Assembly (NCBI GenBank): GCA_947588685.1
Contig: CANPYM010000005.1
Coordinates: forward strand, 298 to 64,297
Origin: an uncultured Bacilli bacterium
GTDB taxonomy: Bacteria; Bacillota_I; Bacilli_A; RF39; UBA660
DNA: 64,000 nucleotides
Direction of reading: 5' to 3'
Of the stretch, positions 45,337 through 54,732 are shown piece after piece. Positions within the stretch are counted from its first letter, which is position 1. Each line of letters starts with the position of its first letter. The position numbers and the translations under genes are program-made. Under the pieces are notes generated by a model, which was given only the letters and a program-made list of their open reading frames with translations, had not been told where the DNA came from and ran no database searches.

Positions 45337-45376
45337 GGGCTTAAGACCTTTTATGGTATAATGAGGTAGGTGAGTT

Positions 45377-46033
45377 ATGCATATTTTATTAGTTGAAGAT
45401 AATATAACAATCATTAAAGGCCTTTCTTATGCTTTAGAAATGAATAATTATGAGGTTGATAGTAAGATTAACATCAAAGATACGATTGCTTATTTAGAAA
45501 GTAATCCCTTAATTGATTTAATTGTTTTAGATGTTACCTTACCCGATGGGAATGGCTTTGATCTTTTCAGCAACTATATTAAAAAAAGGAATATTCCAAC
45601 AATCTTTTTAACAGCTAAAGATAGTGAAGAGATGATTGTCAAGGGTCTAAATATGGGTGCTGAAGATTATTTAACGAAACCTTTTAGTACCAAAGAATTA
45701 CTGGCTAGAATTAATAAAATTCTTTTACGTAACCAACGGGTTCAACTTCTTAAGGTTAAAGATATAACTTTTGATTTAGATAAAATGCTTGTTTTAAAGG
45801 GTAGCGCTACCTTGTCTTTAACACCTATTGAATTAAAGATTTTACACCTTCTTTTTAGTAATTTAAATAGAGTGGTAAGAAGAACGACGATTCTAGATAA
45901 AATATGGGAATGGACGGGTAATGATGTAGATGATCATACTGTTACTGTCTATTTAAAAAGGTTAAGAGAAAAACTAGGTACGGATATTATCGTAACAGTT
46001 AAAGGGTTAGGATACCGGATTGATGCCGAATAA
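45377..46033 (+). CDS. OmpR-family response regulator
   Basis: Receiver domain (DLIVLDVTLPDGNG, phospho-Asp context; LTAKD; K in YLTKPF) plus a winged-helix output domain (LTPIELKILHLL..., GYRI). Confidence 0.92.
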   Translation: MHILLVEDNITIIKGLSYALEMNNYEVDSKINIKDTIAYLESNPLIDLIVLDVTLPDGNGFDLFSNYIKKRNIPTIFLTAKDSEEMIVKGLNMGAEDYLTKPFSTKELLARINKILLRNQRVQLLKVKDITFDLDKMLVLKGSATLSLTPIELKILHLLFSNLNRVVRRTTILDKIWEWTGNDVDDHTVTVYLKRLREKLGTDIIVTVKGLGYRIDAE

Positions 46034-47222
46034 AAAACGCTTTCATCGCTATTTATATCTAGCGCTTCTTTTAACCATTATTCTAACTATTTTGTTAGGT
46101 GTAATTAATTATTTAGAATATCGTACTTATCGCCATAATTTTAATCAGAAAATTGAAAATATTATTAATGTTGTTATAGAAAAATATCCAGATCTTACCG
46201 AAAAAGATGTTATAAAAATCTTAAATGAGCCCTCTCTTCGGCACCCTTTAAGGCAATATGGCTTTTTAGAAGAAGATGATTTGATTAAGACAAATCATGA
46301 TTATCACATTCGTTTTCTTATCATCAACGTATCTTTCATCTTTTTATCATTACTTATTATCATTTCTTTATTTTTAAAGTATAATCACCATATGGACATC
46401 GAACTTGCATCGATTACAAAGTATATCGAAGAGATTAACAAAAAAAATTATACTCTTAAAATTGATGAAATATCCGAGGATGAATTATCCATTTTAAAAA
46501 ATGAAATATATAAAGTAACTGTTATGTTAAAAGAAAGCGCTGAAAATGCTAGAAAAGATAAGAAGGAATTAAAGCAAGCCTTGGAAGATATTTCTCATCA
46601 GATTAAAACCCCGTTAACATCGATTTTAATTATTTTAGATAATATTTTGGATAACCCTGATATGCCATTAAATATTAGAGAGGATTTTATCAGCGATATT
46701 AAAAGAGAAGTTGGTAATCTTAATCTTTTTATTCAAGACATTTTAAAACTATCAGCTTTTGATGTTAATACCATAACTTTTCATTCGAAAACTGTTAAAC
46801 TAAAAAGTGTTATAACTGATGCTCTTAAAAAAGTAGAACCTTTATGCGATTTAAAGAATGTTAAGGTTGAGCTTGATGTACAACCTAATATAACGCTAAA
46901 GTGTGATCGCTACTGGGAAGTAGAAGCTTTGATGAATATTATTAAAAATGGTATTGAACATTCTTCTAGTCACCTTAAAATTGAAGCTAAAAGTAATCAA
47001 GTTTATACTATGATTACTATTAAAGATGATGGTATGGGCATCGCTAAAAAAGATATGCCTCATATCTTTGAACGCTTTTATAAAGCTAATCTTAATAATA
47101 GTGATGGTAGTGGGATTGGTCTTGCTTTAGCTAAAACAATTATTGAAAAAGATAATGGTACTATCAGTTTAGAAAGTACCAAAGATGGAACAACTTTTAT
47201 CATTAAATATTATAATCTTTAA
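46023..47222 (+). CDS. sensor histidine kinase
   Basis: Two N-terminal TM helices, H-box DISHQIKTPLTSI, N-box NIIKNGIEHS, G-boxes DDGMGI and GSGIGLALAK. Overlaps the regulator stop. Confidence 0.9.
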   Translation: MPNKKRFHRYLYLALLLTIILTILLGVINYLEYRTYRHNFNQKIENIINVVIEKYPDLTEKDVIKILNEPSLRHPLRQYGFLEEDDLIKTNHDYHIRFLIINVSFIFLSLLIIISLFLKYNHHMDIELASITKYIEEINKKNYTLKIDEISEDELSILKNEIYKVTVMLKESAENARKDKKELKQALEDISHQIKTPLTSILIILDNILDNPDMPLNIREDFISDIKREVGNLNLFIQDILKLSAFDVNTITFHSKTVKLKSVITDALKKVEPLCDLKNVKVELDVQPNITLKCDRYWEVEALMNIIKNGIEHSSSHLKIEAKSNQVYTMITIKDDGMGIAKKDMPHIFERFYKANLNNSDGSGIGLALAKTIIEKDNGTISLESTKDGTTFIIKYYNL

Positions 47223-47273
47223 AGATGTCTTTTAAGATATCTTTTTTTCTTGTATAATGGTAGTGGTGATAAG

Positions 47274-47906
47274 ATGAAGAAGTTTTATGATGCATACTTG
47301 AATGAAAAACCTGACTTTGATAAACTTACCCATATTGGTATTATCGCCCTAATGGTTGTTATTGCCGGCGTGTTTGGTTGGGTTTATGAATATATTTTTT
47401 ATTTTTTTAATGGTGGTATGAAAGAGTTCTACTGGCGTGGTGGTAATTTCTTACCTTGGATTAATATCTATGCTTACGGCGCTATTCTAATTTATTTTCT
47501 TATCTTTCGCTATCGTAAGAATCCCTTTAAAGTCTTTATTCTAGGTCTTTTAATATGTGGCGTGTTAGAGTTTATATCAGGATATGTTATGTATACTTTC
47601 TTTGATGGCTGGAGATGTTGGGACTATAATACCGAAATATGGAACTTTGGTAATATTGGTGGCTTTGTTTGCTTAAGAAGCGTTACTTTCTTTGGTGCCT
47701 CTGGCTTACTTTTAATATACGTTATTATGCCTTTATTATATGCGATGGCAAGAAAGCTAAATAAGAAAGTCTTCCTTATTATTGCTTTTACTTTACTTAG
47801 TATCATTTTAATTGATGACTTATATAATTTAATTTTCGCTCGTTTATTACACACCCCAAGGGCATCAACTGTCTATAAGCATCTAGGTTTAAAATTTGTT
47901 GAATAG
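47274..47906 (+). CDS. polytopic membrane protein of the putative 'ABC-transporter type IV'/CmpB-like family
   Basis: Start moved to ATG 47274, because the TTG at 47250 lies in the -10 box. GW.YEYIF and GWRCWDY motifs, 5-6 TM helices. Paralog of the 51347 gene. Confidence 0.5.
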   Translation: MKKFYDAYLNEKPDFDKLTHIGIIALMVVIAGVFGWVYEYIFYFFNGGMKEFYWRGGNFLPWINIYAYGAILIYFLIFRYRKNPFKVFILGLLICGVLEFISGYVMYTFFDGWRCWDYNTEIWNFGNIGGFVCLRSVTFFGASGLLLIYVIMPLLYAMARKLNKKVFLIIAFTLLSIILIDDLYNLIFARLLHTPRASTVYKHLGLKFVE

Positions 47907-47965
47907 TAAATTAATCTTTACTATTTTTATTTATTAATAAATGATATAATAATATTGGTGATGAT

Positions 47966-48580
47966 ATGAGAGCTGTTAAAGTTACCTTGTTTATTTTAAT
48001 TGCTTGCTTGTTAATGATTATTATTGACACTTTGCAAGCCCGATTCCTAAAAAGTAGTCCCATCATTCATTGGCAAGAAGATTTGGGTGGGAATAGCTAT
48101 GTCGATAAGGGCTTTCTTATGGATACTTATTATTGCGCTAAAGAAGATGATGTCGAAATGCACTGGGAATTTAAAACATCAAAGTTTTCATGCCCTATGT
48201 ATGCCATCCATAAACCGGAAGAAATTGAAGGCCTTACGATGACTATTAAAGATGGAACCTTAACAAATACTGGGGCCACCATTATCATTAAAGATGAATC
48301 GGAATTAAAACATGTCTTTGGAGAACCATTTTATATCGATAAATTAGAAGGTGAAGACTGGGTAACTCTAAAGCCTAATGAAAATGTGGCCTTTAATTTG
48401 CCAGCTTATTCGGTTGATGAAAATGATACTTTAGAGTTAACGTGTAATTGGAGTTATCTATATGGCGCGTTAAAACCGGGAACATATCGTCTTGTTAAAG
48501 ATACCTTTTTAGAAGATGATACACCGATAACGGAAGAAGATAAAAAGTATTTTGCCGTTACTTTCAAAATAGAGGAATAG
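47966..48580 (+). CDS. hypothetical exported protein
   Basis: Signal/anchor helix VTLFILIACLLMIIID followed by a beta-rich domain (GTLTNTGATIIIKDES...). No confident family. Confidence 0.55.
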   Translation: MRAVKVTLFILIACLLMIIIDTLQARFLKSSPIIHWQEDLGGNSYVDKGFLMDTYYCAKEDDVEMHWEFKTSKFSCPMYAIHKPEEIEGLTMTIKDGTLTNTGATIIIKDESELKHVFGEPFYIDKLEGEDWVTLKPNENVAFNLPAYSVDENDTLELTCNWSYLYGALKPGTYRLVKDTFLEDDTPITEEDKKYFAVTFKIEE

Positions 48581-48592
48581 GAGAGAGATTTG

Positions 48593-48952
48593 ATGATGAA
48601 TATTGAACCATTAGTTGATTTTAAGGGTGGTAATGGAGATGGATGCTTTGTTTCTGATATGATTATAACGCACGGCTATAAAGTCGGTTTAATGTACCGA
48701 GAAAAACCTGATGAGGATGTTCCTGATAGTGGTTGGCGTTTCTTATTAGGAACTGAAGAAGATGATTACCTTAATAATCCAGATAATATCCATCTTGTAG
48801 ATATCAATACGCTATGTAATTATGACGTATGCGTTATCCCTTATTTGGATGCGCCATATGGTAGTAGTTATATAAGAGTTAATGATAAAGAATTCGCCTT
48901 AGATGATGGTGAAAGAGAAATATATATTGCTAAAAGAGATGCGAATAAATAA
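48593..48952 (+). CDS. small cytoplasmic protein, DUF2185-like
   Basis: DSGWRFLLGTEEDDYLNNPDN resembles the conserved DSGW.F..G.E core I associate with DUF2185. Weak recollection. Confidence 0.4.
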   Translation: MMNIEPLVDFKGGNGDGCFVSDMIITHGYKVGLMYREKPDEDVPDSGWRFLLGTEEDDYLNNPDNIHLVDINTLCNYDVCVIPYLDAPYGSSYIRVNDKEFALDDGEREIYIAKRDANK

Positions 48953-49008
48953 TAAATGTAGATGTGATAAATCTACATTTTTGTTATAATGATATAAAGG
49001 AGTAACTT

Positions 49009-49758
49009 ATGAAAGAGAATCAAGAACTTAAGGATGAAGATAAATATCAAAAACTAAATGATATGATTAAAGAATCTCATAATATCGTTTTCTTTGGCGG
49101 GGCTGGTGTTTCAACCGAAAGTGGTATTCCGGACTTTCGAAGTAAAGATGGATTATATAACCAGCACTATAAGTATCCACCCGAAGAGATATTAGGTCAT
49201 ACATTCTTTATCGACCATATGGATGAGTTTTATACTTTTTATAGAGATAAATTAAATAGTTTAAAGTATGAACCTAATATAACGCATTATAAATTAGCTG
49301 AATTAGAAAAGAAGGGTAAGTTAAAAGCGGTTATAACCCAAAATATTGATGGTCTTCATCAAAAAGCGGGATCAAAGGTTGTTTTTGAACTTCATGGTAG
49401 TGTCTTAAGAAACTATTGTACGAAGTGCCATAAGTTTTACGATGCTTCTTATGTTTTTGATGGCAAAGGTATTCCTAAATGTTCTTGTGGTGGAATTATC
49501 AAACCAGATGTCGTTCTTTATGAAGAAAGGTTAGATGATGAAGTAGTAAGTGGCGCTACTAAGGCGATTAAAAAAGCGGATATGTTAATTGTGGCGGGCA
49601 CGTCTTTGATGGTTTATCCTGCTAGTGGCTTAATCAATTACTTTAATGGTAAGTATCTTGTTTTAATCAATCGTTCAGCGACACCATATGATTATTTAGC
49701 CAATTTAATTATTCATGATTCTTTAGGTAATGTTTTTCAAAATGTTTTAGATGATTAG
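49009..49758 (+). CDS. cobB: NAD-dependent protein deacylase (Sir2 family)
   Basis: GAGVSTESGIPDFRS, TQNIDGLH, HG catalytic His, Zn ribbon CTKC...CSCGG, VAGTS. Confidence 0.9.
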   Translation: MKENQELKDEDKYQKLNDMIKESHNIVFFGGAGVSTESGIPDFRSKDGLYNQHYKYPPEEILGHTFFIDHMDEFYTFYRDKLNSLKYEPNITHYKLAELEKKGKLKAVITQNIDGLHQKAGSKVVFELHGSVLRNYCTKCHKFYDASYVFDGKGIPKCSCGGIIKPDVVLYEERLDDEVVSGATKAIKKADMLIVAGTSLMVYPASGLINYFNGKYLVLINRSATPYDYLANLIIHDSLGNVFQNVLDD

Positions 49759-49766
49759 TAGGTGAT

Positions 49767-50642
49767 ATGATGGAATTAATTAAAGTTGGGGATAAAACTT
49801 ATTATCTTAAAAATCCCACAAATATAGGTATATATAAAGTTGATGATAAAAGTGTCTATCTTATTGATTCAGGAAATGATAAGGATGCGGGTAGAAAAAT
49901 ATTGCATCTTATGGAAGATGAAGGATGGAAGATAAAGGGTATCATTAATACCCATTCTAATGCTGATCATATTGGTGGAAATAAAATTATCCAAGACCGG
50001 ACCAACTGCGATATTTTAACGCACCAAATAGAGGATTGTTTTACCAGTTATCCTATTTTAGAGCCATCATTTCTTTATGGTGGATATCCTTTTAAAGATC
50101 TTAGAAATAAAACTTTACTAGCTAAAGAATCTTCGACCATACCCCTTAAAGATAATTTACCGGAAGGATTAGAATATTTCTCTTTAAAGGGACATTTCTT
50201 TGATATGATTGGTATTAAAACAAGTGATGACGTCTATTTTTTAGCTGATGCCTTATTTAGTGAAGAGACGATAACGAAGTATCATTTATTCTTTATCTAT
50301 GATGTCAGTGAATACTTAAAAACACTAGATTATCTTGATACTTTAAAGGGTAAATTATTTATTCCATCACATGCTTCAGCTACCACATCAATTACATCTT
50401 TAATTAAACTTAACCGGGATAAAATTGAAGAAATTACTAATAAAATATGTCAGATATGCTCATCTGGTAAGACTTTTGAAGAAATCTTAAAAGCTATTTT
50501 TGATGAATATAACTTAACGATGAATCTGAATCAATATGTTCTTGTCGGTAGTACTGTTAAATCCTATCTATCATATTTAGCTGATCTGGGTAGATTAGGT
50601 TACACCTTTAAAGATAATGAAATGTTGTGGTACCAACTATGA
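49767..50642 (+). CDS. MBL-fold metallo-hydrolase
   Basis: THSNADHIGG (HxHxDH-type motif) with downstream His/Asp residues. Confidence 0.75.
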   Translation: MMELIKVGDKTYYLKNPTNIGIYKVDDKSVYLIDSGNDKDAGRKILHLMEDEGWKIKGIINTHSNADHIGGNKIIQDRTNCDILTHQIEDCFTSYPILEPSFLYGGYPFKDLRNKTLLAKESSTIPLKDNLPEGLEYFSLKGHFFDMIGIKTSDDVYFLADALFSEETITKYHLFFIYDVSEYLKTLDYLDTLKGKLFIPSHASATTSITSLIKLNRDKIEEITNKICQICSSGKTFEEILKAIFDEYNLTMNLNQYVLVGSTVKSYLSYLADLGRLGYTFKDNEMLWYQL

Positions 50643-51265
50643 AAATAGAAAAACCTAAAGTTCAAAATTATCCCGAATATAGTTTAAGTATGGCGGTTAA
50701 AGAAAATAGTTTTCAGTATCATACTTATCTTGATACCCCTAAAGAAAACTTAAAAATAGAAGATGTAACCTTTGATAGTTGTCTTTTTAAAGGAATTGAT
50801 TTTAGTAATATTTCTTTAATTGATGTCGATCTTATTGATGTTATATTTGAAGATTGTGATTTATCAAACCAAGTTTTTGATAATCATCTTTTAAGACGCG
50901 TTCGTTTTAAAAATTGTCGCCTTTTGGGAGTATCATTTTTAGGCTCTTTAATTAGAGACGTTGAAATTATTGAATGTAAGGCTAATTATATCAATTTAGC
51001 TACGGCTAAAATAAATAAGTTAGTTACTATAGATAGTGACTTTAGTGAAATGACTTTATTAGATACAATGATTAAAAATTGGGAGATTGATAATGTCAAT
51101 TTCTCATCTTCCGAAATTATGACAACACCCTTAAAAGGGATTGATTTTTCAACATCTAAGATTACTAATATTCGAATTGATCATAAGTCACTAACTGGTA
51201 TGATTATTGATCGGATGCAAGCGGATGAACTTGTTAAAATGCTTGGTGTTACATTTAAAAACTAA
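50639..51265 (+). CDS. pentapeptide-repeat protein
   Basis: Continuous A(D/N)LxX-type pentads (FDSCLFKGIDFSNISLIDVDLIDVIFEDCDLSNQVF...). The ATG overlaps the upstream stop (ATGA). Confidence 0.8.
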   Translation: MKIEKPKVQNYPEYSLSMAVKENSFQYHTYLDTPKENLKIEDVTFDSCLFKGIDFSNISLIDVDLIDVIFEDCDLSNQVFDNHLLRRVRFKNCRLLGVSFLGSLIRDVEIIECKANYINLATAKINKLVTIDSDFSEMTLLDTMIKNWEIDNVNFSSSEIMTTPLKGIDFSTSKITNIRIDHKSLTGMIIDRMQADELVKMLGVTFKN

Positions 51266-51346
51266 AATACTTATCATATTTTTGATAAGTATTTTTTTGG
51301 TGTCAACTATTGAATAAAAATAGATTTCGTACTAATATATTAATAG

Positions 51347-52000
51347 GTGAGAAAGTTGAAAAGTAGTAAGAAGGAAAAAGTAAGTTTTTACAATATGTTT
51401 TGGCTTTTTATTTTTGGCTCTTGTTTTGGCTGGCTTTATGAAGTTATTTTTAGTCTTGTTGTTCATGGCGTTTTTATAAACCATTCGGCTTTAGTTATTG
51501 GCCCCTTTAACATTTGCTACGGAATTTGTGCTTGTGCACTAACTTTTTTACTATATCGCTTTAAAGATAAAGGTATTATTCCCTTATTTTTGATAAGCTT
51601 TTTCTTAGGATCATTATTAGAATATATTATGAGTTGGGGAATGGAACTAGTTTTAGGCTTTTCGGCTTGGGACTATAGTGATATGTTTTTAAACATCAAT
51701 GGCCGGGTATGTCTTGTTATGTCAACACTTTGGGGAATACTTGGTATTGTTTGGATAAAATATATTTATCCTGTGATTGAAAAAATTATTAATAAGATAC
51801 CTAAAACTTTAGGTGATAAATTAATAATTGGTTTATCAATTTTCTTAGTCTTTGATCTGGCATTAACGATTAGTGCGGTTATTAGGGCTAAAGAATGTGA
51901 TGATGGGGTTGAGCCAAGAAATGCTTATGAAAGCTTTTTAGATAACACTTTCAACCGCGATTATTTATATAATATGTTCAATAATAGTTGGAGTGAGTAG
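51347..52000 (+). CDS. polytopic membrane protein, CmpB-like family (paralog of 47274)
   Basis: GW.YEVIF and GFSAWDYS motifs, about 6 TM helices. Start uncertain (GTG 51347 or TTG 51356). Confidence 0.5.
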   Translation: MRKLKSSKKEKVSFYNMFWLFIFGSCFGWLYEVIFSLVVHGVFINHSALVIGPFNICYGICACALTFLLYRFKDKGIIPLFLISFFLGSLLEYIMSWGMELVLGFSAWDYSDMFLNINGRVCLVMSTLWGILGIVWIKYIYPVIEKIINKIPKTLGDKLIIGLSIFLVFDLALTISAVIRAKECDDGVEPRNAYESFLDNTFNRDYLYNMFNNSWSE

Positions 52001-53080
52001 ATGAAAGTATTAGTACTATCTTGTAATACTGGTGGGGGACATAATTCGTGTGCTAAATATATTAAAGAAGAGTTTAATCAAAATGGCATTGCTTGTGATT
52101 TCATTGATTACTTTAGTATTTTAGGTGCTAAATTATCTAAGAGGGTTGAAAAGCTATATTTAAAATCAACGCATGGCAAAGGTAAGCTATTTAAAAGTGT
52201 TTATAAACTAGGGGAAACTTATAGTAAAGTGGGGATTACAAGCCCTGTTTATGAATTAAATAAATTAGCTAAAAATAAAATTCGTGATTATATTGAAAAC
52301 AATCATTATGATGTGGTAATTTGCCCACATTTATTTCCATCAATGGCTGTTACATCTTTAAAAAAAGATGGCTATGATATTAAACTTATCAATGTCGCTA
52401 CCGACTATACCAATATTCCTTTTTGGAATGAGACAACTCCTGATTATTTTGTTATTCCACATCCTTCTTTGAAGGAAGAGTTTACAAATAAGGGTATTTT
52501 AGAAGAAGTGTTGTTGCCTCTTGGTATGCCGATATCAACCCGTTTTATTAAGAGTGAATCTAATCTTTCTTTAAACTATGATAAACCAAATATCTTAGTT
52601 ACATCAGGAAGTATGGGCTTTGGTAATTTAAAAGATGTCGTTAAAGCACTTCTTAAAAACATTGATGCTTATATTATTGTTATTTGTGGTAATAATGAAA
52701 AATTATATCGTAAGCTTAGTAAGATAAAAAATGCTAATTTAATTGTTAAAGGTTTCGTAGATAATATGGACGCTTATATTAAATCTTGTGATGTCATCTT
52801 AACCAAACCAGGTGGTCTTACGAGTAGTGAAGTTGCGGTTTTAAATAAACCGATGATTCATATTATGCCTATTCCTGGGGTAGAAAACTATAATGCTAAT
52901 TTCTTTAAAAAATATCATCTAAGTTTAGTATCCAATACTACTAAAGAAATCATCGATAATACTAAAAGATTATTAACTGATGATAAGTTAAAAGAAGAAA
53001 TGCTTGCTAATCAAAACAAAGTTATATCAAAGACGGCTGCTGCTGATTTAGTAAAGTTCATAGAAGAAAAAATAAAATAA
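52001..53080 (+). CDS. UgtP/MGDG-synthase-like diacylglycerol glycosyltransferase (GT28)
   Basis: VLVLSCNTGGGHNS N-terminal motif and C-terminal TKPGGLTSSEVAVLNKPM. The start codon abuts the upstream stop. Confidence 0.75.
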   Translation: MKVLVLSCNTGGGHNSCAKYIKEEFNQNGIACDFIDYFSILGAKLSKRVEKLYLKSTHGKGKLFKSVYKLGETYSKVGITSPVYELNKLAKNKIRDYIENNHYDVVICPHLFPSMAVTSLKKDGYDIKLINVATDYTNIPFWNETTPDYFVIPHPSLKEEFTNKGILEEVLLPLGMPISTRFIKSESNLSLNYDKPNILVTSGSMGFGNLKDVVKALLKNIDAYIIVICGNNEKLYRKLSKIKNANLIVKGFVDNMDAYIKSCDVILTKPGGLTSSEVAVLNKPMIHIMPIPGVENYNANFFKKYHLSLVSNTTKEIIDNTKRLLTDDKLKEEMLANQNKVISKTAAADLVKFIEEKIK

Positions 53081-53163
53081 AGCGATGAAAATCGCTTTTA
53101 TAGTGTCAAAAGATGCGTTGACAATTATCTTGTTATTCCCTAAAATATAGTAAAGGTGATTAT

Positions 53164-53634
53164 ATGAATATATATGATATTTTAAATGAACTTCATATTG
53201 TGTATGAAGAAGTTAGTCATAAAGCCGTTTTTTCATCAGAAGAATCGCAACACATTAAAGAATTGATTAAAGGTGTAGGGGTTAAAAATATTTTCTTAAC
53301 CAATCACAAAGGACACTATTATCTTTATTTATTTGATGATATGAAACGCGCTAATATCAAAAATGTTAGTAAAGAGGCTAGTGCCGGTCATTTATCTTTT
53401 ACTAGTCCTGACGAATTAAAAGAAATCTTAAAATTAGATCTTGGTAGTGTCACACCACTTGGAATTATTAATGATAAAGATAATGTCGTAACAATTATTA
53501 TTGATGAAGACTTAAAAGGTAAACGTTTGTTGATGCACCCTGATACCAACACGAAGACTTTAGCGCTTTCTTATGATGATTTAATTAAGTTTATTGAATA
53601 TGAACATCATCAATATTTACTTATTAAAAATTGA
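53164..53634 (+). CDS. YbaK/ProX-type aminoacyl-tRNA editing domain protein
   Basis: 156 aa. VKNIFL, GSVTPLG and the overall layout fit the YbaK/EbsC fold. Confidence 0.65.
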   Translation: MNIYDILNELHIVYEEVSHKAVFSSEESQHIKELIKGVGVKNIFLTNHKGHYYLYLFDDMKRANIKNVSKEASAGHLSFTSPDELKEILKLDLGSVTPLGIINDKDNVVTIIIDEDLKGKRLLMHPDTNTKTLALSYDDLIKFIEYEHHQYLLIKN

Positions 53635-53644
53635 GGTGTTATAA

Positions 53645-54307
53645 ATGGAGGAAGAAATATTTAAACGAAGTAAGATTCTTTATGATAAATTAATTCCTTA
53701 TGGCTTTAAAAAAGAAAATGATACTTACATAATGACTAAACTAATTTTAAATGATACTTTTAAAGTTGAGGTTAAAGTAGAAAAAGATAGGGTTAAAGTA
53801 AGTGTTTATGATTTAGATTATGGCGCTGAATATACTAATTATCGCCTTGATCATCCTAATTCTTTTGCCTTTCAAGTTAAAGAAGCTGTTGATAGTATTT
53901 TAGTTGATATTAAAAATAAATGTACGATGCCAAGAGCTTTTATAAGTGATCAAGCTAATGCGATTACTCGTTTAATTTTTGAAGAATACGGGGATCAGCC
54001 TAACTTTGAATGGGAAGATGCTCCCGGGTATGCCACTTTTCATCACAATGATAATCATAAGTGGTATGCTATTATTATGAATATTGATAGAAGTAAACTA
54101 GAACCAAAGAAGAATGGTATGATTGAGATAATTAATGTCAAACTAGATCCCTTAAAAATTACGGACTTATTACGAAAAGAAGGATTTTATAAGGCTTATC
54201 ATATGAATAAGAAAAACTGGATTTCCCTTATTTTGGATGGAACGATTAAAGACCAAGATATTATGGCTTTAATTTATGAAAGCTATAATCTAACGAAAAA
54301 GAGGTAA
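53645..54307 (+). CDS. MmcQ/YjbR-family protein (C-terminal domain)
   Basis: PGYATFHHNDNHKWYAIIM...KAYHMNKKNWISLILDGTI resembles the YjbR fold signature. Confidence 0.6.
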   Translation: MEEEIFKRSKILYDKLIPYGFKKENDTYIMTKLILNDTFKVEVKVEKDRVKVSVYDLDYGAEYTNYRLDHPNSFAFQVKEAVDSILVDIKNKCTMPRAFISDQANAITRLIFEEYGDQPNFEWEDAPGYATFHHNDNHKWYAIIMNIDRSKLEPKKNGMIEIINVKLDPLKITDLLRKEGFYKAYHMNKKNWISLILDGTIKDQDIMALIYESYNLTKKR

Positions 54308-54309
54308 AG

Positions 54310-54681
54310 ATGAATAATAAAATTAATATAATAGCGACTGTTCAAAGAATAATGACGGCAATAATCACGATGATAATTCTCCTTTGGGCGAGCCTTAAAA
54401 ATGGTTTAATGGTTCAAATATTCATTTTACCTTTTCTTATTTGTACAATTGCTTATCTTTTCGAAAATATTTTTTTCTTACTAAAGAAAGATAAACTTGC
54501 GAAAATAGCTCATAAAATATTTGCGATAAGCATCTTTAGTTATGCGCTTGGCTTTTTAATCTATGCCATATACGATATTATTAAAAATAGAAATTATTCT
54601 TTTATTATCATTGTTTTAATTGATGTTATGATTTTAAGTTATATGATAAAAAAGACTTTTTTTAAGAAAAAGACGAAATAA
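54310..54681 (+). CDS. small membrane protein (4 TM)
   Basis: Four hydrophobic helices and a basic C-terminus. Confidence 0.5.
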   Translation: MNNKINIIATVQRIMTAIITMIILLWASLKNGLMVQIFILPFLICTIAYLFENIFFLLKKDKLAKIAHKIFAISIFSYALGFLIYAIYDIIKNRNYSFIIIVLIDVMILSYMIKKTFFKKKTK

Positions 54682-54732
54682 TATCCTCGGATATTATTTT
54701 TTTTGTTATAATTAGTTATAGAAGGTGATGAT

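Noticed and set aside
50639-51265. Pentapeptide-repeat protein as a Qnr/MfpA-type quinolone-resistance determinant.
   Set aside because: Pentapeptide proteins are widespread. I cannot see the Qnr-specific loops or size (about 218 aa with two loops) convincingly, so there is no basis beyond the repeat itself.
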